From an uncultured Gemmatimonas sp. (lineage in GTDB: Bacteria > Gemmatimonadota > Gemmatimonadetes > Gemmatimonadales > GWC2-71-9), in assembly GCA_964649225.1 (NCBI GenBank), contig CAZYPO010000004.1, positions 44,825-92,518 of the forward strand: DNA of 47,694 bases, given 5' to 3'. The position numbers and the translations under genes are program-made. Below are positions 9,216-18,750 of this stretch, one piece after another. A model generated the notes under the pieces. It was given only the letters and a program-made list of their open reading frames with translations. It did no database searches and was not told the DNA's origin. How positions within the stretch are numbered: position 1 is the first letter of the stretch; the number at the start of each line of letters is the position of its first letter.

Positions 9216-11279
9216 TCAGGCCTCGGTAGCGGGGTGAAGTCTACCCTCCACCAGGCTGGGAAGCACGGAACGCAGCGCCGCGGTCCATGCGACGGGATTA
9301 TCGACCGGCGCCAGGCAGCGATTCCCCACACAGAGGTATCCCCGCGGGCGATCAGCCATCGGGGCGAGGTCCCGGAGGGCCGGTGGCAAGCTCTCGGTCC
9401 CGGCACCGGGACGCAGCCGCACGACGACACGGCGCGGGACGAAGGCGGCCAGCGCCAGACGATGCAGCTCCCCGGCGAGCCGGTCCTCGGATGCACCGGT
9501 GATGACGAGGTGGGTTGCCGGCCGGACCAGCCAGTCCGCCGCGAGCAGATGCGCAGAGGCAAAGAGACCCAGCTCGGCGGCGCTCGCCCCGAAGACGGTC
9601 ACCAACGCCTCGTGCCGGTTCCGCCAGCGCGGGGCCATGGTGTGCTCGAAGAGTCGTGCCAGGGTTTGTCCGGCCACGCCGTTGGGCGATGCGTTGGGAC
9701 TGTCCTGGATCGGCTTCACGGAAGCCGTCAAGAGGCCTTCCTTGTCACGCCACTTCGCGATGTCGTGAAGCCCGCCGCGTTCCGCATCCCAGTGATCTTC
9801 CCAAACGCGATCCATCAGCGCTTCCGACCAGCGCAGCCAGGAAAACTCTCCCGTGGCCTCGAAGGCATCGAGCGCCGCGGCGGCGCACTGGACCGGATCG
9901 TCGAGGAGGCCAGCGGGGCCAGTGGGACTGTGGCCGACGGTCTCCGAGTTGGCCTGCTCCTCCCGGATGCGACTCAGCGCGGCGAGGCCCGCCTCGCTGC
10001 ACCACCCATCACCCAGCAACGGGCCGGCCCGGAGCAGCGCGCCGGCGAGCATCGCGTTCCAATTGGCGTAGCGGCTCCGGTCCACGAAGGGGGGAGGTCG
10101 CCGTGCCCGAGCCGCGCGGAGCTGCTGATAGATCGTGACGAGGCTCGAGGTTTCGGCCGGCGCGGCCCGGAACAGCACGTTGCGCTCCGGCGCGTGCGGC
10201 ATTCTGCCCCGGCTACCGATCCCGAAATGCGCGACCGCCAGGTCGAGCGCATTCCCCGCCAGGACCTGGCCGAGCTCCTCCAGGCTCCAGGTGAAGTAAT
10301 CGCCATCGTCATCGAGCCCGACGTCGGCATCCTGACTGGCCGCGAACCCGCCGGCAGGATCCGCGAGGACTTCCCGGATCCAGCGGACGGTTTCCGAAGC
10401 CGCGTCCTGCCAGGCCGCGTTGCGGAACAGCGCTCCGGCTTCGGCATAGGTTCGCAACAGCTCGGCGTTGTCGGAGCTGAGCTTCTCGAAGTGCGGCACG
10501 ATCCAGGATTCATCGACGCTGTAGCGGTGAAACCCGCCGCCCAGCAGATCACGAAAGCCGCCGTTGGCCATCCCGTCGAGCGTTTCGTGAATCACGGCGC
10601 GGACAGTGGCATCGGGAGTGTCGCACCAGCGATGCAGCAGAAACGCGATGGTGACGGGATGGGGAAACTTCGGCTGATTGCCGAAGCCGCCGTGGGTCCG
10701 ATCGGCGGTGGCGAGAATCCGGTGGGTGGCGTCATCCAGCGCCAGCGGGCTCAGCGTACCGGGTACCGTCTCCTCGAGCTGCGAGGTCAGCACCTCGCGG
10801 AGCGCGCGCGCCTGGGCGTGCACCCGGTCGCGTTCCTCCCGCCAGACCGCGAGGATCCTGGTCAGCACCTCGCGAAACGACGGCTGCCCGCGCATGGCCC
10901 GCGGCGGGAAATAGGTACCGCCGAAGAACAACTCCGCCGCCGGCGTCAGGAAACCGGTCAACGGCCAGCCACCCTGGCGGGTTATCGCCTGCACCGCCCG
11001 CTGATAGCGGGCATCCACGTCGGGTCGCTCGTCACGGTCCACTTTGACGCACACGAAGTGCTCGTTGAGGAAGGCGGCGAGCGGGGGGTCCTCGTACGAC
11101 TCGCCATCCATGACGTGACACCAGTGACACCAGACGGCGCCGATGTCGAGCAGCACGGGCTTGTCGGCGGAAGCGGCGGCCGCAAAGGCCTCGGTGCCCC
11201 AGGGGAACCAGTGCACCGGCTGGTGCGCGGCGGACCGCAGGTACGCCGAACCGGCCGCGCCGAGGCGGTTGGTGCTCAT
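9216..11279 (-). CDS. YyaL/SPATA20-like thioredoxin-domain protein (DUF255)
   Basis: [63 protein letters not shown]. Confidence 0.92.
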   Translation of the reverse strand: MSTNRLGAAGSAYLRSAAHQPVHWFPWGTEAFAAAASADKPVLLDIGAVWCHWCHVMDGESYEDPPLAAFLNEHFVCVKVDRDERPDVDARYQRAVQAITRQGGWPLTGFLTPAAELFFGGTYFPPRAMRGQPSFREVLTRILAVWREERDRVHAQARALREVLTSQLEETVPGTLSPLALDDATHRILATADRTHGGFGNQPKFPHPVTIAFLLHRWCDTPDATVRAVIHETLDGMANGGFRDLLGGGFHRYSVDESWIVPHFEKLSSDNAELLRTYAEAGALFRNAAWQDAASETVRWIREVLADPAGGFAASQDADVGLDDDGDYFTWSLEELGQVLAGNALDLAVAHFGIGSRGRMPHAPERNVLFRAAPAETSSLVTIYQQLRAARARRPPPFVDRSRYANWNAMLAGALLRAGPLLGDGWCSEAGLAALSRIREEQANSETVGHSPTGPAGLLDDPVQCAAAALDAFEATGEFSWLRWSEALMDRVWEDHWDAERGGLHDIAKWRDKEGLLTASVKPIQDSPNASPNGVAGQTLARLFEHTMAPRWRNRHEALVTVFGASAAELGLFASAHLLAADWLVRPATHLVITGASEDRLAGELHRLALAAFVPRRVVVRLRPGAGTESLPPALRDLAPMADRPRGYLCVGNRCLAPVDNPVAWTAALRSVLPSLVEGRLHPATEA

Positions 11280-11303
11280 GCGCAAAGCTAGTACAATAGG
11301 CTC
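11280..11303. promoter_or_regulatory. Back-to-back candidate leaderless -10 elements
   Basis: TAGCTT (minus, 11285-11290) 5 nt before ATG 11279; TACAAT (plus, 11292-11297) 6 nt before ATG 11304. Confidence 0.6.
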
Positions 11304-11933
11304 ATGGACGACCTCGAACTGCTGAGGCGGGAGGCGATCCGCGAGCTCTCCGGCGCTGTGGCGTCAGACCGCATCTCCATCGAGCAGTTCGAAGCAAAGC
11401 TCGAGCTGGTGCGTCAGGCCCCGAGCCGGTCGACGCTCGATGCCATCCTCGCCGACCTGCAGCCCACCGGCGCCTTCCCGACATCTCACGAGATATCGCG
11501 AAGCCTTGCCATCCCCACCGAACTGGCGCCAGTGGAGCCGGCCGAGGTGATGCGCATCAAAACCGTGCTCGGCTCCTCCAAACGGGGCGGCTCGTGGACC
11601 GTACCGCTCCGCCTGGAGCTCAAAGTCGTGCTGGGCGAGCTCACCATTGATCTGCGCGACGCGGTGTTCGGCTCGGACGTGCTCGACATCGACCTCAACG
11701 CGAAGTTCGGCAGCATCACGCTGATCGTCCCCCCGGGGACCCAAGTGGAGAACGAGTGCGAGGAGAAGCTGAGCAGCTCAAGCCACTCCACCCGCTCGAC
11801 CCGCGGCGCGAGTCCGCTCGCGCTGCTGATCCGGATCAGCGGCCGTGTCGTGCTGAGCAACCTGGAGATCAAGGAGAAGCGGCGCAGCGGAGACGAGGAA
11901 GTCCCGGCCTGGAAGCGCCTGCTGGGGGGCTGA
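11304..11933 (+). CDS. DUF1707 (SHOCT-like) plus LiaF/DUF2154-like domain protein
   Basis: [26 protein letters not shown]...ILADL; [12 protein letters not shown]...[10 protein letters not shown]...[10 protein letters not shown]. Confidence 0.8.
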   Translation: MDDLELLRREAIRELSGAVASDRISIEQFEAKLELVRQAPSRSTLDAILADLQPTGAFPTSHEISRSLAIPTELAPVEPAEVMRIKTVLGSSKRGGSWTVPLRLELKVVLGELTIDLRDAVFGSDVLDIDLNAKFGSITLIVPPGTQVENECEEKLSSSSHSTRSTRGASPLALLIRISGRVVLSNLEIKEKRRSGDEEVPAWKRLLGG

Positions 11934-11939
11934 GCCGCG

Positions 11940-12620
11940 TCAGGCGGTGCGGGGGACTCGGGCCGAGGGGCAGAGCGCATTGACCACGCAGAGCTCGCAC
12001 TTCGGGCGCCGCGCGATACAGATGCGGCGCCCGTGCCAGATGAGCAGGTGCGATAGCAGGGTCCAATCGGCGCGGGGAAACAGCGCCATCAGCTCCCGCT
12101 CAATTTTCTCCGGCGTTCGCTGCCGGGTCAGCCGCAGCCGCCCGGAGAGTCGCGCGACGTGGGTGTCGACCGTCACGCCCTCGTTGATCCCGTAGGCGTT
12201 CCCCAGAATCACGTTGGCCGTCTTGCGGCCGACGCCGGGCAGCTCGCGCAGCGAGGCCATCTCGCGGGGGACCTCGCCCCGATGGCGCTCGGTCAACGCC
12301 TGCGCCATGCCGATGAGACTCTTCGCCTTATTGCGGAAAAACCCCGTGGAGCGGATCAGCGATTCCACGGCCTCGCGCTCGGCACGGGCCAATGCGCCCG
12401 GGGTGGGATAGCGGGCAAAGAACTCCGGCGTCACCAGGTTGACACGGACATCGGTGCACTGGGCCGACAGAATGGTGGCGACCAACAGCTGATAGGGGGT
12501 GCGATAATCCAGCTCGCAGTGGGCGTCGGGGTATTCGGCGGACAGCCGAACGAAGAGCTTCGCGGCCCGCCGGGCCAGCGCCTCCTTGGTCTCCCGCCGC
12601 GCCCGGCGCTTCTGCTTCAT
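11940..12620 (-). CDS. nth: Endonuclease III
   Basis: LLVATILSAQCTD, HhH LPGVGRKTANV, VDTH, C-x6-C-x2-C-x5-C 4Fe-4S motif. Confidence 0.96.
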   Translation of the reverse strand: MKQKRRARRETKEALARRAAKLFVRLSAEYPDAHCELDYRTPYQLLVATILSAQCTDVRVNLVTPEFFARYPTPGALARAEREAVESLIRSTGFFRNKAKSLIGMAQALTERHRGEVPREMASLRELPGVGRKTANVILGNAYGINEGVTVDTHVARLSGRLRLTRQRTPEKIERELMALFPRADWTLLSHLLIWHGRRICIARRPKCELCVVNALCPSARVPRTA

Positions 12621-14344
12621 CCGGCCCTCCGTGCTTTCGCAAATGCGAGAAACTCGTCAACCGGCCGGGTATTGAGCACGTCCGGCCTTTCCAATCCACC
12701 CTTCCGGGCCATCGCGATTCCGAACGCCAGGTAGGCGATGCCCTCCCGGCTGTGGGCGTCGGCCCCGATGGAAATCATCACCCCGTGCTCCCGGGCCCGG
12801 CGTACCATCCGCCAATCCAGGTCGAGACGGTGCGGATCACCGTTGATCTCGAGGGCGACCCCCTTGGCCGCCGCGCGGGCAAAGACCTGCTCGAGATCCA
12901 GCGGGTAGGGATTGCGGGACAGCAGCAGCCGTCCCGTGGGATGAGCCAGAATGGTGAGATATGGGTTGTCCAGCGCGCGGAGCACGCGGGCGGTCATTTC
13001 CGTTTCCCCGAGGGAAAACCGGCTGTGGATCGCGCCAATCACGAAATCGAAGCCGGCCAGCGTGGCGTCATCATAGTCAAGGCTGCCATCGACCAGAATA
13101 TCAGATTCGATGCCCTTGAGAATCGGGATCCCGGCCCGGGCATTCAGCGCATCGATCTCGGTCCATTGTTGCCGTACCCTGTCCACACTGAGCCCACCCG
13201 CGTAGGCGGCCGACTTGCTGTGGTCGCTGATGCCCAGGTAGGCATAACCCGCGTCGCGGGTGGCGGTGGCCATGTCCTCCACACTCAGGGTGCCGTCCGA
13301 GTAAGTGGTATGACAGTGGAGCATGCCGACAAGGTCGGCGGCCTCGATCAGGCGGGGCAGGGTTCCCTGCGCGGCGCGGGCCACCTCATCGGCTCCCTCG
13401 CGCAACTCCGGTGGGATCTCGCTCAGCCCGAGGGTCCGGTAGAACGTGGCCTCATCGGGAATGGGGATCGGCGCGCCACCGCGGGTGAGCGACGCGGAGC
13501 CCAGAACGCAACCATTGCGCTCGGCCTGCGCGGCCAGTTGCACGAGGTGGGGCTCGCCGCCGGTGGCCCGCACCAGGGCGACGCCGAAATCGGGAGGAGC
13601 GGCCAGCCGGACACTGGCGGCCATGCCGCCGGCCGAGCGAAACGCCAGCAGCCCCGGCGCAGGGGTGGAGACCTCCGAGATGCCGGGAAGGCCGGCCAGC
13701 CCCAAGCGGATTTGATCAGTCGGCAGGTCGGTGGCGGCCGCGAAGGCAAGCTCGCTCACCACTTCACAACTGCGGCGGACCTCGCCCGCGATCACGGCCC
13801 GCGAGACGCCCGGCAGCCGCTCCAGCGCGAAGCGCAGCAGCTCGGCTGCCTCGGCAGCCTGAGGCGAAAGGCGGAAGGCCTGGGTTCCCCGGGCAAAGGC
13901 GATTCCCTTCAGCAGCTTCGCCGCGGTCTTCTCGCCGAAGCCGGGGAGCTTGGCCAGAGAGCCGTCGCGCGCGGCGGCCTCGAGCGCTTCGAGGGAGGCG
14001 ATCCCGAGCCGCTCGTGCAGCAGGCGTACGCGGGTGGCGCCTAACCCGGGAACGCCCATCATGTCGAGCAGGCCGGCCGGGATCTCCTGCTTGAGCTCGT
14101 CCAGGTACGCCGAGCGGCCGCTGCCGAGCAGCTCGGTGATGATGGCCAGCGTGGCGGGACCGACCCCCCGGGTCGCGGCCAGCGAGCCGTCGGCGAGGGC
14201 GCCGGCCACGGAGCCGGGGAGGCCCATGACCGTCTTGGCCGCGTTGCGGAAGGCGCGGACCCGGAAGGGATTCTCGCCCCGGAATTCGAGGAAGCCGGCG
14301 ATCTGCTCCAGCACACTCGCTGCGGCCAGGCGGTCGGTGCTCAC
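12617..14344 (-). CDS. polX: DNA polymerase X / PHP 3'-5' exonuclease with non-canonical polymerase site
   Basis: GENPFRVRAF lyase domain, HhH motifs, PHP motifs HCHTTYSDG, SDHS, GIESD, HPTGR, DAH. Confidence 0.92.
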   Translation of the reverse strand: MSTDRLAAASVLEQIAGFLEFRGENPFRVRAFRNAAKTVMGLPGSVAGALADGSLAATRGVGPATLAIITELLGSGRSAYLDELKQEIPAGLLDMMGVPGLGATRVRLLHERLGIASLEALEAAARDGSLAKLPGFGEKTAAKLLKGIAFARGTQAFRLSPQAAEAAELLRFALERLPGVSRAVIAGEVRRSCEVVSELAFAAATDLPTDQIRLGLAGLPGISEVSTPAPGLLAFRSAGGMAASVRLAAPPDFGVALVRATGGEPHLVQLAAQAERNGCVLGSASLTRGGAPIPIPDEATFYRTLGLSEIPPELREGADEVARAAQGTLPRLIEAADLVGMLHCHTTYSDGTLSVEDMATATRDAGYAYLGISDHSKSAAYAGGLSVDRVRQQWTEIDALNARAGIPILKGIESDILVDGSLDYDDATLAGFDFVIGAIHSRFSLGETEMTARVLRALDNPYLTILAHPTGRLLLSRNPYPLDLEQVFARAAAKGVALEINGDPHRLDLDWRMVRRAREHGVMISIGADAHSREGIAYLAFGIAMARKGGLERPDVLNTRPVDEFLAFAKARRAG

Positions 14345-15003
14345 CGGTCCGCCTCAAGGCGCCAGGCCAGCTCGAGCAGCTCTTCCTCGCCGGCCAGGGA
14401 GACCAGGCCGGCGGCGGCTCCTCCGTCAAGCAGCGGCGCGAAGAGCGGCGTGCGGTCGAGCCGCTGCAGTCCCGCGGGCCGTGGACCGGAAAGCTCGACC
14501 GTGGTGAAGCCCTCGCGCGCGGGACTCAGCCCGAAGATCGCCAGCTGCGACAAGCGATCCCCCAAGCGAGCCGCGAACCAGCCGTCGAGCGGCTCGGCAG
14601 GCTGGCCCGCCACGGGAGTGGCCCAGACGCGGAGCGGAGGAAGCTGGACGTATCGGGTCGGGAAGTCGGGAGGTCGGGAGGTCGGGAGTGCCGCCGGCCC
14701 AGCTCCCGGCCTCCCGACCATTGCCGCGAGTTCCTGCTCGCTCACCGTGTCCACGATCTCCCCAGCCATCCAGAAGAGATAGGAATAGTGCAGCAGGCCG
14801 ACCAGCGCGTGGACCGCTTCGCCCAGGCCCTCGTCGGGCCGGAGCTCACGCAGCAGCTCGGCGACCTCGCGGACCAACACGAAGCCGTCGCGGTCCTCCG
14901 GCGGCCGGCCGGCAGCCTCGAGGGCGGTGCGCAACAGGGGAAAGCGCTCCTGGGCAATGGTGCCGAACAGCAGCGCGAACGGGTTCGGGCGCGGGACCGG
15001 CAT
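14341..15003 (-). CDS. Hypothetical protein
   Basis: GC3-rich ORF translationally coupled on both sides within the operon. Confidence 0.75.
   Translation of the reverse strand: MPVPRPNPFALLFGTIAQERFPLLRTALEAAGRPPEDRDGFVLVREVAELLRELRPDEGLGEAVHALVGLLHYSYLFWMAGEIVDTVSEQELAAMVGRPGAGPAALPTSRPPDFPTRYVQLPPLRVWATPVAGQPAEPLDGWFAARLGDRLSQLAIFGLSPAREGFTTVELSGPRPAGLQRLDRTPLFAPLLDGGAAAGLVSLAGEEELLELAWRLEADR
14656..14719. repeat. In-frame inverted octamer array (GGTCGGGA)x4 - 16 nt - (TCCCGACC)x2
   Basis: ggtcggga agtcggga ggtcggga ggtcggga at 14656-14687; tcccggcc tcccgacc at 14704-14719. Confidence 0.75.
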
Positions 15004-15842
15004 CAGACGTCCTTCGGGAGGAACCCGTCGAGCAGCCGGGTGAACGTCTCAGGCGCTTCGAGGTAGGGCACGTGGCCGCAGGCCGGGATGCGCTCGAGGG
15101 GAGCCCGCAGCCGCCGCGCCAGCTCCGCGGCGGCCTCGAGCGGAATCGGATCAGATTCGCCGTGCACCACGAGCGCCGGCAGCGCCAGCCCGGTGAGCGC
15201 GGGCCGCAGGTCGAACTCGCCCAGGCTGTCCCAGACTTCCTGCTGGGTGCGGCCGGTGATGCGGAACGGCGTGAGCTCGCGCGCCCTGCGCCAGTCGTGG
15301 AAGTAGCCGGCAATGGAAAGCTCGAACAGCCGCCGCCGGTACTCCTCGGGACTGCGCTCACGCAATCCCCCGTCCTGCACCTCCCGGCGCGCGGCCTGCA
15401 CCTCGGGGGCGGCGTTCCGTTCGGCGAGCCGGCGCTCGAACTCCGTCCGTGCTCCGCGCCAGACGGCTGCACAGGAGATCAGCGCCAGCCGCTCGACTCG
15501 GGCGGGATCCTCGAGCGCGTACAGGAGCGCGAGCAGGCCACCCCAGGAGTACCCGGCGAGGCTCAGCTGCTCGAGGCCCCAGAGCTGTCGCAGCGCTTCC
15601 AGGTCGGCGACCTGTTCCCGCCAGCCCACCGGCGTTTCGTGAGGCACCGGCGAGCGGCCGCCGCCGCGCTGGTCGTAATAGATGAGCTCACGGCCCTGCG
15701 CGAGCCGATCGAATCCGGGCAGCAGATAGTCGTGATGCGCCCCGGGGCCGCCATGCAGCACCACCGTGGGCGGCCCGCTCCCGATTCGCCGCTCGAAGAT
15801 CTGGATACCGCGAATGCCGCGAGTGGTGGTCGCTTCCGTCAC
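15003..15842 (-). CDS. Alpha/beta hydrolase, proline iminopeptidase-like
   Basis: LHGGPG, YDQRGGGRS, nucleophile GYSWG, HGESD, CGHVP. Confidence 0.88.
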   Translation of the reverse strand: MTEATTTRGIRGIQIFERRIGSGPPTVVLHGGPGAHHDYLLPGFDRLAQGRELIYYDQRGGGRSPVPHETPVGWREQVADLEALRQLWGLEQLSLAGYSWGGLLALLYALEDPARVERLALISCAAVWRGARTEFERRLAERNAAPEVQAARREVQDGGLRERSPEEYRRRLFELSIAGYFHDWRRARELTPFRITGRTQQEVWDSLGEFDLRPALTGLALPALVVHGESDPIPLEAAAELARRLRAPLERIPACGHVPYLEAPETFTRLLDGFLPKDV

Positions 15843-16294
15843 AGCAGCACCGCCAGCGCATCCGCCACCTTCCTGACCGCCGTCTCCTCTTCGGCGCTGA
15901 AGGGATCGGCCTGGTCGCTGTCCACATCGATCTGGCCGAGGATGCGGTCGCCACGGCGGATCAGCACGACAAGCTCGGAACGGGTGAACAGATTGCAGGC
16001 GAGATAATTCTCGATTGCGCGCACGTCACCGATATTCTGGTCCTGCCCGGTCGCGACCGCGGTGCCGCAGACCCCTTGGCCGACCGGGATGCGCGTGTGC
16101 TGGGTGTCGCGGCCGCTCCAGGCCTCCAGCAGCAGCTCCTCGTCATGGAGCATGTAGAGGTACACCGAGGTATAGGGCGGGCCCGTGGCGCGGATCCGTT
16201 CCGCCGTCAGCCGCAGCAGCTCCGCGCGGGAGAGCCCCCGCGTGAACGCGCCGCGGAGCGCGGCGACGAGCTTGTCAGCATCGAGGATGGCCAT
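15839..16294 (-). CDS. GAF domain protein, free methionine-R-sulfoxide reductase-like
   Basis: RIPVGQGVCGTA, YLAC...SELVV, GQIDVDS; start moved to ATG 16294. Confidence 0.8.
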   Translation of the reverse strand: MAILDADKLVAALRGAFTRGLSRAELLRLTAERIRATGPPYTSVYLYMLHDEELLLEAWSGRDTQHTRIPVGQGVCGTAVATGQDQNIGDVRAIENYLACNLFTRSELVVLIRRGDRILGQIDVDSDQADPFSAEEETAVRKVADALAVLL

Positions 16295-16345
16295 CTGCGC
16301 TCCAGATTGCTCGGCCTCGAAGTTAACTCTATCTTCAGCGCTCAC

Positions 16346-17830
16346 ATGCCGAGCCATCTGCCACTGGCGCCGTTGCTGGGCGCGCTGATCCAACTCACCC
16401 GCTACGAGCCCGCAGCGACGGAGGCGCAGGCGGCATTACTCACCGCCATTCGCGCGCTGCTCGACAACCAGCCGCTGCGCATCACGGCGGAGCCGGAGGC
16501 CTTACTGCTCAACGAGGAGTCGATCTCGCTGAGAATACCGGGTGCGATGGTGCTCAACGAACAGCTCCTGCTGCACGGCCTCGGCGCCGTGGAGCTGCCC
16601 GCCGGCGCGGACGAGGCGGATCTGCTTCGGGTCGCGTCGGTGCTCGCAGCCTTCGCGGGCACCTACTCAACGCACCAGGAAGTCCTGGCGGCGATGGGAG
16701 CAACCGCGGAGCGAGTCCACCTCACCCCCGCCGCCGACCAGCTCGGGGTGCGAAACGTGTCCGCGCGCCCGCTCGCTCAACCCACCCCGCGGCGGGCTCG
16801 TCAGCGCGACTCCGTCGAGATCCAGCGCGATGACGCCGAAGCCGTCAGCCTCGACTCGGCCGCGGCCGAGGGCGAGGAAACCGAGCTCCCCGCCGAAATG
16901 CCGACGCGCGAGCGGCCGCCGCTGGGGGCCATTCTGGGGCGGGGGCGCGCCGCGGTGGCCCAGGAAGACTGGAACGGCGTGCTCGATGCGGCGCTGCAGT
17001 TGATCGAAGCCGAGGACGAGGCGCCCTCGGATCGCACGGGCCAGGCGTATCGGCTGGAGCTCAAGCGGCTGGTGACGCCGGAGCATCTCGGGATGGTGGC
17101 GCGGCTGGCCCACGGGGAGCGGAGGCAGGAAGTGGTCGGCTTGCTACGCCGTTTCGGCCAAGCGGGGACCGAGACGCTGGTCGAGCTGCTGGTCGCGGCG
17201 CCGAACCTGGGCGAGCGCCGCAGCTACTACACCGCGATCGCCCAGATGCGCGCGGGCGCCGAGGCGATCTTCAGCCGGCTGGAACATCCGCTCTGGTACG
17301 TGGTCCGCAACGCGGCCGAGCTCTGCGGCGAAATGGAGATCAGCGATGCGGTGCCGGCGCTGGGCCGCCAGATCCAGCACCCCGACGAGCGGGTGCGCAA
17401 GTCAGTGGCGGGGGCGCTGGGCCGGATCGGCACGCCGCTGGCCCTGCAGTGGCTGCGTAAGACGCTCAGTGATCCCTCACCGGCGGTGTGCCGGCAGGCG
17501 CTAGCGCATCTCGGGGGGCCGGTGGCGCGGGAGCTCTGCATCGCGATCACCGACCTGCTGGAGCGGGAAACCACGGTCGAAGTCCAGCGGGAGGCCCTGC
17601 TGGCGCTGGGCCGCATCGGCTCGGAGGAAGCCATTGCCGTGCTGGCGGCCTGGGCGGCGCCGACTTCCCGTCGCTTTGGCCGCAATCCGCTGCCACTGCG
17701 GCTGCTTGCCCTCAAGGGGCTCACGCTCGCGGGGCCTGGGGCCGAGGCGGCGCTGAACGCCCTTACCCGCGACGAAGTCATGGAAATCCGGGCCACGGCG
17801 AGCGACGCGCTCGCAGCGCTGCGGCCCTAG
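16346..17830 (+). CDS. Cytoplasmic HEAT-repeat protein
   Basis: WYVVRNAAELCGE, DERVRKSVAGALGRIG, EVQREALLALGRIG; ATG 16346 avoids overlap with the divergent gene. Confidence 0.82.
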   Translation: MPSHLPLAPLLGALIQLTRYEPAATEAQAALLTAIRALLDNQPLRITAEPEALLLNEESISLRIPGAMVLNEQLLLHGLGAVELPAGADEADLLRVASVLAAFAGTYSTHQEVLAAMGATAERVHLTPAADQLGVRNVSARPLAQPTPRRARQRDSVEIQRDDAEAVSLDSAAAEGEETELPAEMPTRERPPLGAILGRGRAAVAQEDWNGVLDAALQLIEAEDEAPSDRTGQAYRLELKRLVTPEHLGMVARLAHGERRQEVVGLLRRFGQAGTETLVELLVAAPNLGERRSYYTAIAQMRAGAEAIFSRLEHPLWYVVRNAAELCGEMEISDAVPALGRQIQHPDERVRKSVAGALGRIGTPLALQWLRKTLSDPSPAVCRQALAHLGGPVARELCIAITDLLERETTVEVQREALLALGRIGSEEAIAVLAAWAAPTSRRFGRNPLPLRLLALKGLTLAGPGAEAALNALTRDEVMEIRATASDALAALRP

Positions 17831-17885
17831 CAGCAGGTGGCACCGTGACCCTCGTGTGGCAGAAGGGCGCCGTTACGGTGCTGCC

Positions 17886-18746
17886 GTGAGAGCGGCCGCC
17901 GCCGGCATCGCTCTTCTCGTGGGGCTGGCCGCGCGCCGATCCGAAGCGCAGCTGAACGACACCTGTTCCCCAGGCAAGCAATCCAACGAAGCTCGCACCA
18001 TGGCGATCTTCGACGTTCCCCTGGCTTTCAGCAGCGCGGCGGCTCCGGTGCGTGCACCGGCCGGCCGCCTGCAGCTGGGGCTGGAGCTGACGTACCTGCC
18101 CAACGTAGATCCCACGGTCGCCACCCCCACGGTGTGCCGACCCGACAAGCACGGACCCGAGCATACCGACCTGCTGTTCGCCACGCCGCGTCCGCGGGCG
18201 TCGCTGGCGCTCCCCGCGGGGTTCGCGCTCGAGGCGAGCTGGATTCCACCCATCCGGATGTCCGACGTGCGGGCCAACGTTTTTGGGGTGGCACTCTCGC
18301 GGACCACCGGCGTAGGCAAACGCGGGCTGCTCCTGGAGCTGCGGGCGCATGGCAGCTTCGGCGTGATCAAGGCGCCCATCACCTGTGACGATGCGGCGCT
18401 GCAGGACGCGGGCAGCCCCTGTTATCTGGGAACCCGCTCGAATGACTCGTTCAAGCCGAACGTGATGGGAGTTTCGGCGGCGTTGGGATGGACTCTGGGC
18501 CGGGCGCTGCGGCCCTACGCCGGAGGGGGATACAACCACCTGGCGCCGAGATTCCAGGTGAACTTCACGAATCAATTCGACGTGATCGACCGCCGCCGTG
18601 TCGTCGTAGACCTGGACCGGATGGTCCTCTTCGCGGGGGCGACCTGGAGCCCGGGCCACCGGCTCGATTTCAGCGGAGAGATTTATTCGGCCCCGGTCGA
18701 TGCGGTGACCGGGCGAGTGACAGCGAGGGTGCGGTTGGGACGGTGA
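17886..18746 (+). CDS. Exported hypothetical protein, probable outer-membrane beta-barrel
   Basis: GTG 17886 with signal peptide ending SEA-Q; amphipathic beta-strand pattern; four Cys. Confidence 0.65.
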   Translation: MRAAAAGIALLVGLAARRSEAQLNDTCSPGKQSNEARTMAIFDVPLAFSSAAAPVRAPAGRLQLGLELTYLPNVDPTVATPTVCRPDKHGPEHTDLLFATPRPRASLALPAGFALEASWIPPIRMSDVRANVFGVALSRTTGVGKRGLLLELRAHGSFGVIKAPITCDDAALQDAGSPCYLGTRSNDSFKPNVMGVSAALGWTLGRALRPYAGGGYNHLAPRFQVNFTNQFDVIDRRRVVVDLDRMVLFAGATWSPGHRLDFSGEIYSAPVDAVTGRVTARVRLGR

Positions 18747-18750
18747 CCGG

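Noticed and set aside
9234-11291. 685-aa plus-strand ORF, and similar shadows such as 12752-14044 and 36352-37887
   Set aside because: Antisense mirrors of real genes caused by GC3 bias and scarce stop codons
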